Shown here: positions 62,570 through 64,000 of the stretch, piece after piece
How positions within the stretch are numbered: position 1 is the stretch's first letter
How the letters are laid out: every line of letters starts with the position of its first letter
Assembly (NCBI GenBank): GCA_041695225.1
Contig: JBGFRI010000001.1
Location: 1-64,000 of the forward strand
Source of the DNA: Deinococcota bacterium
GTDB taxonomy: Bacteria > Deinococcota > Deinococci > Deinococcales > Thermaceae
Direction of reading: 5' to 3'
Length of the DNA: 64,000 bases
The notes under the pieces: model-generated
Seen by the model: the letters and a program-made list of their open reading frames with translations, nothing else
Databases searched by the model: none
What the model was told of the DNA's origin: nothing
Translations under genes and position numbers: made by a program

Positions 62570-63124
62570 GGGGCTTGGGTGTTCTGACCCCGAATGGATA
62601 ACTTAGCTGAACTTCACCCCCTCCAACATGGCCGCTAACCTCCCAAACCACGCCTTGAAGCCTATCCCATTGTGGCCTGTTAGGCATCATGGCGGCAGTC
62701 TCTAGCGGTGTTTCCAGGGCCTTCCAAACATTGCTTTTGCACTGCCTTCTGCGTCACTTTAGATCTTGCTAACTTGCTTGCGTCAAAGCGCATATCACTC
62801 TAACCGCAGAACAACCATATCTGGACGTGGCCGGACAGTTCTGCCCTGATCGGTCTGAAGGGGCCATCTGGTTGCAGGCTCGAGCCGTCCTCACCAGGCA
62901 CTACCCCGTACCCTACCCTGGCTCGTCAACTTGGCGACAGCCATATCTCCGTTCGACCAGGAAAGGCGGTACCCCACCTCGAGCCCAAACCAAACAACCA
63001 CAGGTGAAAAACAATGGGCAACACTCGTTTTTTGCCGCCGGGCTCTAGGAAAAGAACAGTGATGACCGCCTCAGCACGCCTTAGCTATGGCTTAAGCGTG
63101 CTTCAGGGTGGTAAAGTCTCGGCC

Positions 63125-63841
63125 ATGAACCGCAAAGACGGGCGACAAACCCACGAACTCCGCCCCCTGTCTGTCCGGGTGGGCTATGTGCATTACGCCG
63201 AAGGGTCGGCGCTGGTAGAACTGGGGAACACCCGGGTGCTGGTGAACATCTCCCTGACCGAGGGCGTACCCCGGCATGTCTCGGGCCGCCAGGGCTGGCT
63301 GATGGCAGAGTACAACGTGCTGCCCCGTTCCACCAAGGAGCGAAAAGAGCGCGAGCGTCAGAAAATTTCCGGTCGCACAGCGGAAATTCAGCGGTTTTTG
63401 GGCCGAGCCTTCCGGGCTGCACTGGATTTGAGCTTGCTGCCCGGCAAAACAGTGGTGATTGATGCCGATGTAATTCAGGCCGACGGCGGAACCCGTGTGG
63501 CCTCGCTGATAGGGGGCTATGCAGCGCTGCACATAGCTATGGATCGTCTGGTGAATCAGGGCAAAATTGACGAATGGCCCCTGACCGAGTTTGCCGCAGT
63601 GAGCGTGGGCTGGATGGGTGAGAACACGCTGCTGCTCGATCTCACCCAGACCGAAGACGAGAGCGCCTGGGCCGATCTGACGGTTGTAGCCACCCAGTCC
63701 GGTGACATAATTGAGCTACACGGAGCAGGAGAGGGCCGCCCTGTGCCCAAGGCTACCTATCAGGCCATGCTGGAGCTGGGGCTGGCCCAAATTCCCGAGA
63801 TGGTGCGGCGGGTACATGGTCAGCTAAAAAACCGTGGTTGA
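63125..63841 (+). CDS. rph: Ribonuclease PH
   Basis: RKDGR...LR, AEGSALV, EY..LPRST, SGRT.EIQR, QADGGTR. Confidence 0.95.
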   Translation: MNRKDGRQTHELRPLSVRVGYVHYAEGSALVELGNTRVLVNISLTEGVPRHVSGRQGWLMAEYNVLPRSTKERKERERQKISGRTAEIQRFLGRAFRAALDLSLLPGKTVVIDADVIQADGGTRVASLIGGYAALHIAMDRLVNQGKIDEWPLTEFAAVSVGWMGENTLLLDLTQTEDESAWADLTVVATQSGDIIELHGAGEGRPVPKATYQAMLELGLAQIPEMVRRVHGQLKNRG

Positions 63842-63906
63842 ACACAAACCTCTAGGCAGTCCGGCGGCTCGAGGTCGGCAGACCAGGCTCAGACCACCTG
63901 GGTACG

Positions 63907-64000
63907 CTATCCCAGGCTCACCGCTTCCTTCTTCGGACTCTCGCCCAGCGCGTTTAGGCCGGTGAATTCACGGCCCAGGATCAGGGTGTGGATGTCGTGG
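63907..64000 (-). CDS. C-terminal fragment of a glutaryl-CoA dehydrogenase-like acyl-CoA dehydrogenase (cut by window edge)
   Basis: HDIHTLILGREFTG...*. Confidence 0.7.
   Translation of the reverse strand, partial: HDIHTLILGREFTGLNALGESPKKEAVSLG

Overview
GC-rich bacterial chromosome segment. Gene content and protein sequences point to Deinococcota, most likely Meiothermus-like (inferred, not searched). It is mostly core and metabolic genes: two tRNA-Met, PNP, yggS, divIVA, rpsO-pnp-rnj, aroE, paaZ, an orphan DNA methyltransferase, trpBA, tRNA-Ala, glnS-YqeY, tRNA-Ser, an OSBS/NSAR-GNAT cluster, trpC, sodA, fumC, dnaG, rpe, malQ, malEFG and rph. No CRISPR array, rRNA, prophage or intact IS was seen. 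Less obvious structure: (1) an unannotated Trp-rich leader peptide and attenuator upstream of trpBA; (2) a REP-flanked RAYT transposase with one nonsense codon between fumC and sodA; (3) several dispersed palindromic and heptameric repeat families with compensatory base changes, three of them found in-frame inside protein genes (glnS, a GNAT, trpB); (4) two large STAND-type NTPase genes, each followed by a secreted lipoprotein gene with a TAACG-N6-TAACR repeat upstream; (5) strong Lys depletion and AGA/AGG-coded Arg enrichment in exported proteins, suggesting alkaline adaptation; (6) three LacI-type operators in the maltose genes; (7) many leaderless promoters and a probable CTG start codon.
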